Positions 12,623 through 22,546 of a stretch of 64,000 nucleotides of DNA are shown one piece after another. The translations under genes and the position numbers were made by a program. Numbering within the stretch: position 1 is the first letter of the stretch; each line of letters begins with the position of its first letter. This DNA comes from Patescibacteria group bacterium (lineage in GTDB: Bacteria > Patescibacteriota > Minisyncoccia > Phycocordibacterales > JBHPGB01): contig JBHPGB010000002.1 of NCBI GenBank assembly GCA_042571085.1, positions 6,796 through 70,795 on the forward strand, written 5' to 3'. The notes under the pieces were generated by a model. That model was given only the letters and a program-made list of their open reading frames with translations, made no database searches and was not told the origin of the DNA.

Positions 12623-15346
12623 TTATATTTTAGACATTGATTTTAGAAAAATACTAAAATCGCTAATATTAATTATACCATTATTATCAAAATCAAGTGC
12701 ATTACGCAGTGGATTATTTTCGTCTCCCCATCTAAAAAGAAAGATACTCCAATCTGTAATATCAATTGCATCATCATCGTTCAAATCTGTATTTGCTGAT
12801 ACTTGTCCAGAAACTTTAAAAGTTATCGGATATGAATACGTACTTGTTATTTCGTTCCAAGTTTGTCTGACTTTTGCAAAATAAATACCCTCTTCAATTT
12901 CGGATGCGGGAATTTCAAATAAATATGAACCATCTGAACCAGCATCTGTTTCAAACTTATAAGTCCCATCCAAACTAAGCTCCACAACACTATTTGCAGC
13001 CGTATGACCAAACACAATCAAGTTTTCACTGAGATTTAAGTATTCCTTTTCAATACTTATTGTTGGTGACATGAGAATATTTTCAACAACAAGACTTCGC
13101 TCTGAATTAAAATCAACCCTGAAAGACATTATTCCGGTTTCGTGCTCATCTTTATCTACTGCTTTTAAAGTAATGAAATATTTACCTGTCAGAAGTGCCG
13201 TATAATCGATATAAAATTCTCCATTTTCTGTAATCCTATTTATGGCAATGGGGATATTTTGAAAAGAAGGATTGACATCATTTACCATTGAAACTAAAAT
13301 TTGGCTTCTAGGAAAAGCTTGCCCGGAAAATCTAATTTTTGTTGCAGCAGATCCGCCGCCGCCTTCTAGTACGGTTATAGATGGTCCTTCTAGTGTTGTT
13401 TCATTTGTAACATTGGAGAGTGCTGACTCATTAGGTGCCTCATCTGAAGTTTTCATTGCAAAATAATATGTCGTACCTGAATTCAAACTAGAAACGGTCA
13501 TTGATTCGCCAGTACCTGCAATAGACGGAGTCGGTTCTCCTGTGGCCTGTGTCGCACTACCCCAATTACCATCATTAATAGTTGCTGTGGAATATCTCAC
13601 GTCATATGTTGTCGCAGTGCCACTAGATCCATCGTCTCCTGGAGCAGTCCAAGACAAATCTATCGCGTAACTAGCTGGGTTAGAAGCAGCAAGATCGGAA
13701 ACAGCTGCTGGTGGTGTGGAATCTCCAGATGAGGTTGTGGTATCACTCGCTACATTTGAAAGCCCTGACTCATTGGGAACTTCATCAGAAGTCTTCATTG
13801 CAAAATAATATGTTGTGCCAGCGCTCAGACCTGTGACAGTCATTGATTCGGCTGTACTTGCAACAGACGGTGATGGTTCATCCGGAACTACAGGTGTAGC
13901 GGAAGCCCAGTTGCCATCATTAATAGTTGCTGTGGAATATCTAATATCATATGTAGTCGCTGTGCCACTAGATCCATCGTCTCCTGGAGCAGTCCAATCT
14001 AAATCAATAGTAGTATCTGTTGGAGATGATGCTGCTAAATCTGAAGTGGTTGATGGTGGAGTTGAATCTCCAGACACCCCTGTTGCAGCACTCGTAACAT
14101 TAGAAAGTCCGGATTCATTTGGTACTTCATCTGAGGTCTTCATTGCAAAGTAGTACGTAGTATCTGCACTTAGTCCAGTAACTGTCATTGATTCAGCAGT
14201 ACTAGCAACGGATGGTGATGGCTCATCTGGAACAACAGGAGTTGCTGAGGCCCAGTTGCCGTCGTTGATAGTTGCGGTTGAGTATCTAATATCATAAGTA
14301 GTGGCAGTACCTGTACTTCCATCATCTCCAGGGGCTGTCCAATCAAGATCTATAGTAGAAGTAGTCGGGCCAGAAGCTGTAAGATCAGAAGTGGTTGCCG
14401 GTGGAGTTGAATCACCAGCAGGACTTGTTGCAGCACTCGTCACATTAGAAAGCGCAGACTCGTTTGGAACCTCATCTGATGTTTTCATTGCAAAATAGTA
14501 TGTTGTGCCAGCACTCAGACCTGTGACAGTCATTGATTCGGCTGTACTTGCAACAGACGGTGATGGTTCATCCGGAACTACAGGAGTTGCTGAGGCCCAG
14601 TTGCCGTCGTTGATAGTTGCGGTTGAGTATCTAATATCATAAGTAGTGGCAGTACCTGTACTTCCATCATCTCCAGGGGCTGTCCAGTCTAGATCTATAG
14701 TCGTGCTTGTTGGACCAGAAGCAGTCAGATCAGAGGTTGTTGCTGGTGGAGTCGAGTCTGCCGGGGTGTAGGTGATAACTGTTTTTAATTGAGAAATCCT
14801 CACATCCTTACCTGCGCTTGTGTCAATAATACCAATCTCTATATCACTCCCACTTGCTTTAGTATGACTCACTGAAAAAGACTGCGTTGCTTCTGCATAA
14901 CTATTCCCTGTTGTAAGATCTGCTCCAGAACTTGTACAGGCACCATCAAAACAATAACGAGTCTGAAATGTACCACCATTTGAACCCTCTTTAAAATAAC
15001 AAGCAGTAACATCTATATTAGTAATGGATGCACCATCTGGAATACCTGATTCATCAATATCAAACGTTTGACTCACGTCAACACCGTTACTATATATGTA
15101 TGAAATATCTCCATCCGAATTAGCACATTCAGCGCCAGTGGTTTCATCAACTTCCAAATAACAATCAGCGGCATTACATGCTGTAGCACCGGTATTTAAC
15201 CAACTTGCACTGTCTTCTCCACCATCAGCGGACGGCATCAAAGAAGAGGTAACGTCTGCAGACACACTAACAACCATTATTGCGATCCAAGCAATAATAA
15301 AAGCGCCTAAAAAAATGGAGAATTTTTTGATTTCAAATTTAATCAT
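12623..15346 (-). CDS. secreted protein with 4 fibronectin type III repeats and C-terminal dockerin-like domain
   Basis: Signal peptide; four WTAPGDDG...YYFAMKTSDE repeats; tandem EF-hand-like DLNDDDAIDITDWSIFL / DFDNNGIINISDFSIFL. Confidence 0.82.
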   Translation of the reverse strand: MIKFEIKKFSIFLGAFIIAWIAIMVVSVSADVTSSLMPSADGGEDSASWLNTGATACNAADCYLEVDETTGAECANSDGDISYIYSNGVDVSQTFDIDESGIPDGASITNIDVTACYFKEGSNGGTFQTRYCFDGACTSSGADLTTGNSYAEATQSFSVSHTKASGSDIEIGIIDTSAGKDVRISQLKTVITYTPADSTPPATTSDLTASGPTSTTIDLDWTAPGDDGSTGTATTYDIRYSTATINDGNWASATPVVPDEPSPSVASTAESMTVTGLSAGTTYYFAMKTSDEVPNESALSNVTSAATSPAGDSTPPATTSDLTASGPTTSTIDLDWTAPGDDGSTGTATTYDIRYSTATINDGNWASATPVVPDEPSPSVASTAESMTVTGLSADTTYYFAMKTSDEVPNESGLSNVTSAATGVSGDSTPPSTTSDLAASSPTDTTIDLDWTAPGDDGSSGTATTYDIRYSTATINDGNWASATPVVPDEPSPSVASTAESMTVTGLSAGTTYYFAMKTSDEVPNESGLSNVASDTTTSSGDSTPPAAVSDLAASNPASYAIDLSWTAPGDDGSSGTATTYDVRYSTATINDGNWGSATQATGEPTPSIAGTGESMTVSSLNSGTTYYFAMKTSDEAPNESALSNVTNETTLEGPSITVLEGGGGSAATKIRFSGQAFPRSQILVSMVNDVNPSFQNIPIAINRITENGEFYIDYTALLTGKYFITLKAVDKDEHETGIMSFRVDFNSERSLVVENILMSPTISIEKEYLNLSENLIVFGHTAANSVVELSLDGTYKFETDAGSDGSYLFEIPASEIEEGIYFAKVRQTWNEITSTYSYPITFKVSGQVSANTDLNDDDAIDITDWSIFLFRWGDENNPLRNALDFDNNGIINISDFSIFLKSMSKI
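13380..14758 (-). repeat. 4 x 345-bp intragenic tandem repeat (FN3 units)
   Basis: DSTPP units start at 14758, 14413, 14068 and 13723 (period 345 bp). Confidence 0.92.
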
Positions 15347-15391
15347 TAAAATACCAGACTTGTTCCCCGCGCAAAAAACAAATCGTATTAA

Positions 15392-15829
15392 TTATTTTAA
15401 AAAACTCTTTACCTTATCAATAATTTCAGCAACAGAATGTTTGGACTTAACAATATAATCATCAGCCCCCAAACTTAATCCTTTTTTAACATCATCATCA
15501 CTCCCAAGAGCAGTTATAATGATAACTGGAATATTTTTTGTATGGGAATCTTTTTTAATTTTTGTTAATATGTCAAAGCCGTGAACTTCAGGAAGCATAA
15601 GGTCCAATAAAATCAACTCCGGAAGCTCAGTCCTAACCATTCTTAATGCATCACCGCCAGAAAATACAGGCTTAACTGTAAACCCGGATTTTTCTAATTC
15701 ACCACTTATAACCTGAGACAAGGTTTTGTCATCTTCTATAAATAGAATTTTTTTACCTGATGTAATCGGCTCATTTATTTCGTCTATTTTATTTATTTCA
15801 TTTGTTTCGTTTACTTCTTCCATATTCAT
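15392..15829 (-). CDS. stand-alone response regulator receiver protein
   Basis: ILFIEDD, LLDLMLP, IITAL, DYIVK; no output domain. Confidence 0.9.
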   Translation of the reverse strand: MNMEEVNETNEINKIDEINEPITSGKKILFIEDDKTLSQVISGELEKSGFTVKPVFSGGDALRMVRTELPELILLDLMLPEVHGFDILTKIKKDSHTKNIPVIIITALGSDDDVKKGLSLGADDYIVKSKHSVAEIIDKVKSFLK

Positions 15830-15965
15830 TTAATTATACTAGAGTTTTTCATAAGTTCCCAGTATTATGCCGTGTATTATCCACACAAAACAAAAAGCAC
15901 TCTTGTGAAGTACTTTTTTAAAACACTATTGTAAACTTTAGATGTTTACTACGGTTTTGTGTATC

Positions 15966-16352
15966 TTATCTTTTGTGTATGTTATCAAAAAATTCTGTAA
16001 CCTTTTCTACAATTTCTGCTACTGCGTGTTGCGCCTTCACAATGTAATCATCCGCACCTAATTGAATTCCTTTTTTAATATCCTCATCACTACCGAGCAT
16101 GGTAATAATAATTACTGGAATCTCTTTTGTTTCGGGAGATTGTTTCAATTGCTGCAACACATCAAAACCATGTTTTTTGGGAAGTACTAGATCAAGTAGT
16201 ATTAAATCTGGTTTTTCTGACTTTATTATATCCCAAGCCTCTTCACCGTTGTATGCATTTGCTACCTCAAAACCAGCATCAGATAATTCCTCATAAACAA
16301 CTTTTGATAAAATTTTGTCGTCTTCAACCAAGACTATATTTCCTTTTTTCAT
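15966..16352 (-). CDS. stand-alone response regulator receiver protein
   Basis: VLVEDD, LLDLVLP, GADDYIVK. Confidence 0.92.
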   Translation of the reverse strand: MKKGNIVLVEDDKILSKVVYEELSDAGFEVANAYNGEEAWDIIKSEKPDLILLDLVLPKKHGFDVLQQLKQSPETKEIPVIIITMLGSDEDIKKGIQLGADDYIVKAQHAVAEIVEKVTEFFDNIHKR

Positions 16353-16421
16353 AATAATTAATTTAATCGATAATTTGCTGTAATTATATACTGGACATTA
16401 TAACATGATTATCTGGATTTG

Positions 16422-18803
16422 TTATGCAAGTTTTTTTCCACCTTTTTTAGATACTGTAGATACTGATTTTATGGGCAATTCCACAAAGAATGTGGTCCCC
16501 TTATCTTCAACAGATTCAAACCATATTTTTCCACCAAGAAGATCGACGGCTTTTTTGGCTATGTACAAACCAAGACCAGTTCCTGATGTGTTTGTAAGTT
16601 TTGCGTTGTCACCCCTTGTAAATTTATCGAAAATGGTTTTCTGCGCGCTTATTGGAATACCTATACCAGTATCCTTAACAGTAAAAGTGAATGTTTTGTT
16701 ATCTTTTTTCTTTAGGACAATTTCTATCTTACCACCTTCGGGTGTATATTCAAGCGCATTTGAAATCAAAGATTGTATTATATTTCGCAAAGCACCCTTA
16801 TCTGTAAGTATTTCCAATGAATCTGGATGCTCGTCAAAAGTTATAGTTAAGCTTTTCTTTGTTGTCATTGGTACTATTTCATTCAAATATCTTTTCAAAA
16901 GATCAACAAGTTCTATCGGTTGGACTTGTACCTCTACAGCACCACCCTCAATACGAGATACATTAAGCAATATATCAACAAGTTCGGAAAGCTCTTCGGT
17001 GCTTGAGTGAATATCTTCAAGATATTCTTTTCCTTTTTTTGAAACCTTTTCTTTTTTCAAGAAATGTTCTATTACCCACCTGATACCGGTGATTGGTGTT
17101 CTCAACTGATGAGATGCTGTCGAAATGAAGTCCGTTTCCATTTTGTCAATTTCCCTTTCTCTAGTTACATCTCGAAAAACAACTACACAACCAAGAATTT
17201 TTCCATCCAGATCTTTTATCGGAGCAGCGCTATCATCAACAGGTATTTCCACTCCATCTTTATTGATTATTAAAGCGTCCTTTTCTATCTTTGTCTTTTC
17301 CCCCATTTGCATTGCTTTTGCAATAAAATCCTCAACTGGGGTTTTTTCAACCTCTGATATAAATTTAAGATACTTATCGTAATGCCTACCAGTAACTTCA
17401 CTAGCTGTAAAGCCAGTTAATTCTTCAGCAACGGCATTAAACAGCATAATCTTTCCATCTCCATCACAAGCCATAAGCGCATCACCAATGGAAGCCAAGA
17501 TTGCCTCATCTTTACTTTTTTCTTCTGCCAATTCCTGATTCTTTATATTCACATCTTCAGCGATATTTAACATTGCCTCTTTGACCCCTTCCAGATCTGT
17601 TATTTTTGCGGCCAACTCTTCTGTTCTCTTTTCAACCTTTTGCTCCAAACCAGCAGCGTATTCCTGTACCTTATCTTGAGATTGTCTCAGATCAGCTGAC
17701 ATTTTATCAAACGCCTTACCTAATTGAGAGACGTCATCACCCTCTTTATCATCGGCATTAGTGATTGATCCTACATCTTCTTGAAGCTCTTTAATAGGGC
17801 GGGCGATTATTTTCGCAAATAAAATCGCTGCAACAATAATAAAGAAGGCAAATAATGCGATCATAAATCCAAGCAGGAATCTCATACTAGCAATTGGAGA
17901 AAAAGCATCTTCCGTCTTAATTTCGGCCAACAACTTCCATCCTTCCTCTAGACACATAGATGCACCAATCACTTCTTCTGCTTTATGATTTGTGTAGATA
18001 TCAATAACCTCTACAGCATGAGAACATTGTTGTACCGGGTATGTGTTGATCACAAAATCATTTTCATCTTCTGAAATAAATGGATTAATAAATGCTATAT
18101 TGTCTTCGTTTACTATATATATTTTTAAAATTCCTGATAATTCTGAAAAGGTTTCTTCGAATATACCACTTCTGCTAAAATTAAATTGATTTGAAAAAAC
18201 ATTTCGAATATCATCAATATCAAATACATTTGCAATAACACCAATAATTTCTCTAGTGTTATCATCTTCAATAGGGGCAGTAACAACAAAAATATCTTTA
18301 ATTCCAAAATGTACATGCCTTTTGAGTTCTGTTGCAAATGAAATAGATTCCTTGCCATTAATAAAATAGGACTCATTGGATTCATTTTTACCAATTTCAC
18401 TATTGTCCGTTGAAGAAATAATTACACCATTCAAATCCATAATAAAAATGCCTTTGATGTTTTCATCCAATGGTTTTTTATTTTTTATTAAATGGTTGTT
18501 GAGATTTATTATTGAATTTTCTGTGTCATCACCAGATAAAATTTGTGTAAGACTATTTTTAATGAATTCGTCTAATGCAAAATCAGCTGTCCTGCCTTTG
18601 GTCGATTCTAAGTACATTTCAAGCTGGTGCTCTTGTGCCTCAGCCAAAAGCACGATCTTGTTGAAGATTTCAGTTTTTAAATTATCTCTAGTTTCTCGTA
18701 TACTTAAAACACCAAAAATTATTAGTGGTAATAATCCAACTAATAAAAAAGTAACCAGTAATTTTATATTAAAACTCCTTATGTGTGGTTTTTTTATTTT
18801 CAT
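16422..18803 (-). CDS. membrane sensor histidine kinase (Cache-HAMP-PAS-HisKA-HATPase)
   Basis: Two TM helices, extracellular sensor region, PAS (FNAVAEELTG...VFRDVT), H-box ASHQLRTP, N/G1/F/G2 boxes. Confidence 0.93.
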   Translation of the reverse strand: MKIKKPHIRSFNIKLLVTFLLVGLLPLIIFGVLSIRETRDNLKTEIFNKIVLLAEAQEHQLEMYLESTKGRTADFALDEFIKNSLTQILSGDDTENSIINLNNHLIKNKKPLDENIKGIFIMDLNGVIISSTDNSEIGKNESNESYFINGKESISFATELKRHVHFGIKDIFVVTAPIEDDNTREIIGVIANVFDIDDIRNVFSNQFNFSRSGIFEETFSELSGILKIYIVNEDNIAFINPFISEDENDFVINTYPVQQCSHAVEVIDIYTNHKAEEVIGASMCLEEGWKLLAEIKTEDAFSPIASMRFLLGFMIALFAFFIIVAAILFAKIIARPIKELQEDVGSITNADDKEGDDVSQLGKAFDKMSADLRQSQDKVQEYAAGLEQKVEKRTEELAAKITDLEGVKEAMLNIAEDVNIKNQELAEEKSKDEAILASIGDALMACDGDGKIMLFNAVAEELTGFTASEVTGRHYDKYLKFISEVEKTPVEDFIAKAMQMGEKTKIEKDALIINKDGVEIPVDDSAAPIKDLDGKILGCVVVFRDVTREREIDKMETDFISTASHQLRTPITGIRWVIEHFLKKEKVSKKGKEYLEDIHSSTEELSELVDILLNVSRIEGGAVEVQVQPIELVDLLKRYLNEIVPMTTKKSLTITFDEHPDSLEILTDKGALRNIIQSLISNALEYTPEGGKIEIVLKKKDNKTFTFTVKDTGIGIPISAQKTIFDKFTRGDNAKLTNTSGTGLGLYIAKKAVDLLGGKIWFESVEDKGTTFFVELPIKSVSTVSKKGGKKLA

Positions 18804-18822
18804 AAAAAAATAACTAAACTTA

Positions 18823-19539
18823 TTATATACTGAACAGTAACTTAATACCTATTAAAAACAGAGCAATTAACACAACTTTTCTAAATGTTTCTGTAGGTAT
18901 TTTCTGTACTATTTTTTTGCCAAAAAGTGTCCCGACAAATGCGATTATTATCAAAATTGGTATGTAATAATAATGCATCGTATCCAACACTATACCGTCC
19001 ATTAAGTATACTGGGATTCTGGTCATATCAATCACCAATGCAATCATTGCTGATGTTGCTATATATATTTCTTTTGGTAATGAAAAAGCATTCAAAAAAA
19101 GTGAGCGTATTGCACCTCCGGTGCCAATAAGCCCGGCAAGAAAACCTGATGCCAATCCACCGCTCACAGCAACACAATTTGTTGGCTTAAATTTAACAAC
19201 ATTTACAAGAAAGGAATACGCAACAAAGGCAACAAGAAATAACCCGAAAATAACCTGTATTGTTTCTGTATTTAGTGTTGTTATAAGCTTAGCTCCAATA
19301 AAAGCCGTCAAAATACTAGGAATTCCAAATTTCAAAAATATTTTCCAATCAATCTTTTTAAAAATAGCAATCTTGGATAAATTTCCAAATAAATGAAAAA
19401 AAGCAACTAAAACAATCGCTGTTTTTATATCCAAAATCAATAAGCTAAATGGAATTAAAATTGTCGACGTGCCGAAACCAGCCACAGCACTAATTGTGGT
19501 GGCTATAAAAGCTATTATAAAAAAGAAAATGTGCTCCAT
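18823..19539 (-). CDS. TauE/SafE family membrane transporter
   Basis: Hydrophobic 238-aa protein with AGFGTS and GLIGTGG repeats. Confidence 0.8.
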   Translation of the reverse strand: MEHIFFFIIAFIATTISAVAGFGTSTILIPFSLLILDIKTAIVLVAFFHLFGNLSKIAIFKKIDWKIFLKFGIPSILTAFIGAKLITTLNTETIQVIFGLFLVAFVAYSFLVNVVKFKPTNCVAVSGGLASGFLAGLIGTGGAIRSLFLNAFSLPKEIYIATSAMIALVIDMTRIPVYLMDGIVLDTMHYYYIPILIIIAFVGTLFGKKIVQKIPTETFRKVVLIALFLIGIKLLFSI

Positions 19540-19591
19540 AAAAAATATTGGTGCGAGGTATAAAGAGAGATTTTATTTTTATATATTCTGT

Positions 19592-19972
19592 CTATTTAAT
19601 CTTGCTTTCAACCATTTTTATAAGATCTTCAACAGACCACTTTGTTTTAGTAAGATAATCACTTGTTCCATATTCAACAGCTTTAGCTATTCTTTCAGAA
19701 TCACTAAGATTTGTAAGGATTATTACCTCAGCATTTTTACCCCATTCATCTTCCCGCAACTCTTTAAGCATGTCCATCCCATGCATCACAGGCATAACGA
19801 TATCAAGCAAAATAACATCTGGATGTTCAGCAAAAGCAACATCTAAACCTTCTCGTCCATTTTCAGCTTTAAATACATCGAAGCCATGGTCACTGAATTC
19901 ATTATCAAGTATTCGAAGTAACTTTTCATCATCTTCAACTATTAAAATCTTCTTTTTATCTTCTGTAGTCAT
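19592..19972 (-). CDS. stand-alone response regulator receiver protein
   Basis: ILIVEDD, LLDIVMP, ILTNL. Confidence 0.92.
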   Translation of the reverse strand: MTTEDKKKILIVEDDEKLLRILDNEFSDHGFDVFKAENGREGLDVAFAEHPDVILLDIVMPVMHGMDMLKELREDEWGKNAEVIILTNLSDSERIAKAVEYGTSDYLTKTKWSVEDLIKMVESKIK

Positions 19973-20116
19973 AAATAAATATTACGGATTAATTATTAAG
20001 TTTTTATTTGATTGCATTTATTATATCAAACAAATACGTAATAAAAAATAGTGCCTGTGTGTAACACAGGCGCTATTATGATGAAAGGGTTGGAAAACCC
20101 TTGAGTGTGTTGGAAA

Positions 20117-20896
20117 TCATTTTTTTGTTTCCTCGTAATCAAGCCAATACGAGAGACGTGAGCGTAAGCGCAGGACCGCCTGACTATGGATCTGACACGC
20201 CCGTGACTCACTGACCCCTAACACCTGACCGATCTCTCTCAAATTAAGTTCTTCATCGTAACGTAGAGTTATCGCCAAGTGTTCTCGTTCTGGTAGAGAT
20301 TTTATGGCATGATCAAGATCTTTTTTAAGCTGCTTTTTCTGCAAGTTTGCAAACGGTTCAGACATAGTATCACAAGCAACGGATGTTCTTGAAACCTTAT
20401 TATTGCGGTTGTCATTACTGTCATCATGATTATCTTCAAACAAAGCACCGTCTAAACTAAAGACCCGGCAGCTTGATACATCACTTAATACAGCATGATA
20501 ATCCTTAATCCTCATATCCAGAGCTCTGGCAACTTCCATATCACTAGCCTCGCACCCCTGCTCATTTTCAATCTCACGTCTAGCCTCCGAAATCATGCGT
20601 GCCTTGCGATATACCGATCGTGGCGTCCAGTCACTGCGCCGAATCTCATCCAGCATAGCGCCGCGAATACGGATGCCTGCATAGGTCCCAAAGCTGGCAC
20701 CCTGGCTAGGATCATAGTTTCGACTTGCCTCAAGCAAACCGAGCATTCCATTCTGGATCATATCATCCGCCTGCACATTTGGCGGCAATCGATTCATCAG
20801 ATGATAGGCAATGCGCTTCACCAACGGCGCATGCCGAGTCACCAATTCATCAAAACTAGGGGGTTCCAGTGCAACAACACTATTTATTTTACTCAT
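20117..20896 (-). CDS. fliA: RNA polymerase sigma factor FliA (sigma-28)
   Basis: HAPLVKRIAYHL..RLP, FGTYAGIRIRGAMLDEIR..DWTPRSV, ELNLREIGQVLGVSESRACQIHSQA. Confidence 0.92.
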   Translation of the reverse strand: MSKINSVVALEPPSFDELVTRHAPLVKRIAYHLMNRLPPNVQADDMIQNGMLGLLEASRNYDPSQGASFGTYAGIRIRGAMLDEIRRSDWTPRSVYRKARMISEARREIENEQGCEASDMEVARALDMRIKDYHAVLSDVSSCRVFSLDGALFEDNHDDSNDNRNNKVSRTSVACDTMSEPFANLQKKQLKKDLDHAIKSLPEREHLAITLRYDEELNLREIGQVLGVSESRACQIHSQAVLRLRSRLSYWLDYEETKK

Positions 20897-20933
20897 GATA
20901 TTCTCCCTTTCTTTTGTGTACCTATTTCAAATA

Positions 20934-20959
20934 TATGTAAAACAGTCTCATGTGTCAAG
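20934..20959 (-). promoter_or_regulatory. sigma70-type promoter of fliA
   Basis: Minus strand TTGACA-17 bp-TATATT, then GGGAGA RBS. Coordinates approximate. Confidence 0.6.
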
Positions 20960-21011
20960 GAAAAAATCCCACCAGAATTTTGGTGGGATTTTTCTATAAA
21001 TAACTCAAGCT

Positions 21012-21755
21012 CTAGTTAAAAAGTTTTACGAACCAACCAAATAGACTGAATTTGTCTTCATTCTCTTCTATAAATGCCTCTGCATTAGCCTTTACTTCAT
21101 TAAGTGCTTCGATTTCTGCCCCGAGCTCTGTTTTTAATTCTTCAACAACCACGGATTCTAAAACTCTTGTTAAGCGATTGATGTGATTCTCTGTGGTAAC
21201 AATCTCACTACGCAAACCACCTAAATTTTTATAATCAGCACCAATCAAAAATGTCTTAAGCTTCCCTCTTTTCCCAATCTCTTCCATAGAATTTGCAATA
21301 CGTTCTTTTGAATCATTTTGCTCTTGTGCAACTATTCGCACTTCTTCACCAATAACACCAGCTTTTTCAGCCGTATCCTTTAATTCCTTAACGAGTTCAG
21401 CGACGGCACTGCGGTGCTCGTCACCTCTTTTTTTATACTCCTTACCTTTCCCACGGCCCATTCCTTCATCTTCACCCTCCTCAATGTCAGTAGCATCTTC
21501 AACGTACTCCTCATCAGTACCATCATTTGCACTATAATCAGTAGCATTATCAACAGCGTCGTTATATGCATCATCGTCGGCAGCATTAACGTCGCCAAGA
21601 TCAGCATCAGCATCGTCTATGTTACTGGTAGTCATAACCCCAACAGCATCATTATCATCATCAGCAAATGCTGGAATTGCGGCAATAGAAAAAGTTGCCA
21701 CAAAAGCAAAAACTATAAAAGGTATTATATATGTGGATAAATTGTATGTCTTCAT
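21012..21755 (-). CDS. secreted acidic coiled-coil hypothetical protein
   Basis: Signal peptide, D/E-rich linker, coiled coil, C-terminal FSLFGWFVKLF. Confidence 0.75.
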   Translation of the reverse strand: MKTYNLSTYIIPFIVFAFVATFSIAAIPAFADDDNDAVGVMTTSNIDDADADLGDVNAADDDAYNDAVDNATDYSANDGTDEEYVEDATDIEEGEDEGMGRGKGKEYKKRGDEHRSAVAELVKELKDTAEKAGVIGEEVRIVAQEQNDSKERIANSMEEIGKRGKLKTFLIGADYKNLGGLRSEIVTTENHINRLTRVLESVVVEELKTELGAEIEALNEVKANAEAFIEENEDKFSLFGWFVKLFN

Positions 21756-21922
21756 AATTATTATAATAGTTATTAATTAATAAGTAGACCAATAGAAAGC
21801 CTTTATTGATTTAATTGTACACTCACATTTAAAATAATGCCATAACAACTTATCTACAGTTACGATTGGCAATAAAAAAAGCCCGCCAGAGTGGCGGGCT
21901 TATCTCTACGACGAGGTGTTTG

Positions 21923-22429
21923 TTACTCCTTTTTTACAAGCCGCAAATCCGGCTTCTTTTGTGAAAGGCTATGTAAATGATGCAACTCTTTAGATTGTTC
22001 ATTAACAACATCTCTAAAATCAAAAAACTTTTCCGACATATTGCTAAACATTTTTCCTGCTGATGCTAATGGGTGTTTATATCTAGATGGAACACTATCT
22101 GCATGAGCTTGCAATACTCGCAATTTTAACTGATATGCGGGTTTTGCACTAACTATTAATCTATCTGCGAGTTCACGCCTCATCTGATCAACACCATCAG
22201 CATCTATCTCTGCTAATCTTTTTATATAGTCAAAATTTGACCACAAGGCATTGTCAATTTTTGCTTGAATTTCTCTCGAGCCTTGTTGACCCCGATCAAA
22301 TGAATTTGCTATACACTCCCTTATGCATACCGCGGCTTTTTGTTCAAATGCAATGGGATCCTTATGGATTAATTCAAGTAATGTTTCGAAGTCTTTTTCA
22401 AATAACTTATCTTCAAATACGGGCATCAT
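21923..22429 (-). CDS. DUF3135-like protein (apparently internally duplicated)
   Basis: FETLLELIHKDPIAFEQ and LRVLQAHAD...YKHPL resemble the DUF3135 pattern as recalled; GAGGA RBS; TTGACT-17-TAGGAT promoter. Confidence 0.55.
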   Translation of the reverse strand: MMPVFEDKLFEKDFETLLELIHKDPIAFEQKAAVCIRECIANSFDRGQQGSREIQAKIDNALWSNFDYIKRLAEIDADGVDQMRRELADRLIVSAKPAYQLKLRVLQAHADSVPSRYKHPLASAGKMFSNMSEKFFDFRDVVNEQSKELHHLHSLSQKKPDLRLVKKE

Positions 22430-22546
22430 AATGGCGTCCTCAAAGATTGTCTAATTCCATCCTAACCATATCTTCTGCATTAGTCAAGTAATTAAACCGC
22501 TGTACACCCTAAATACACAGCAGCTTTAATTATAGTTTTTTTGTTT

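Noticed and set aside
13380-14758. Regular repeats as a possible CRISPR array
   Set aside because: 345-bp in-frame coding FN3 units, with no short repeat-spacer pattern and no cas genes.
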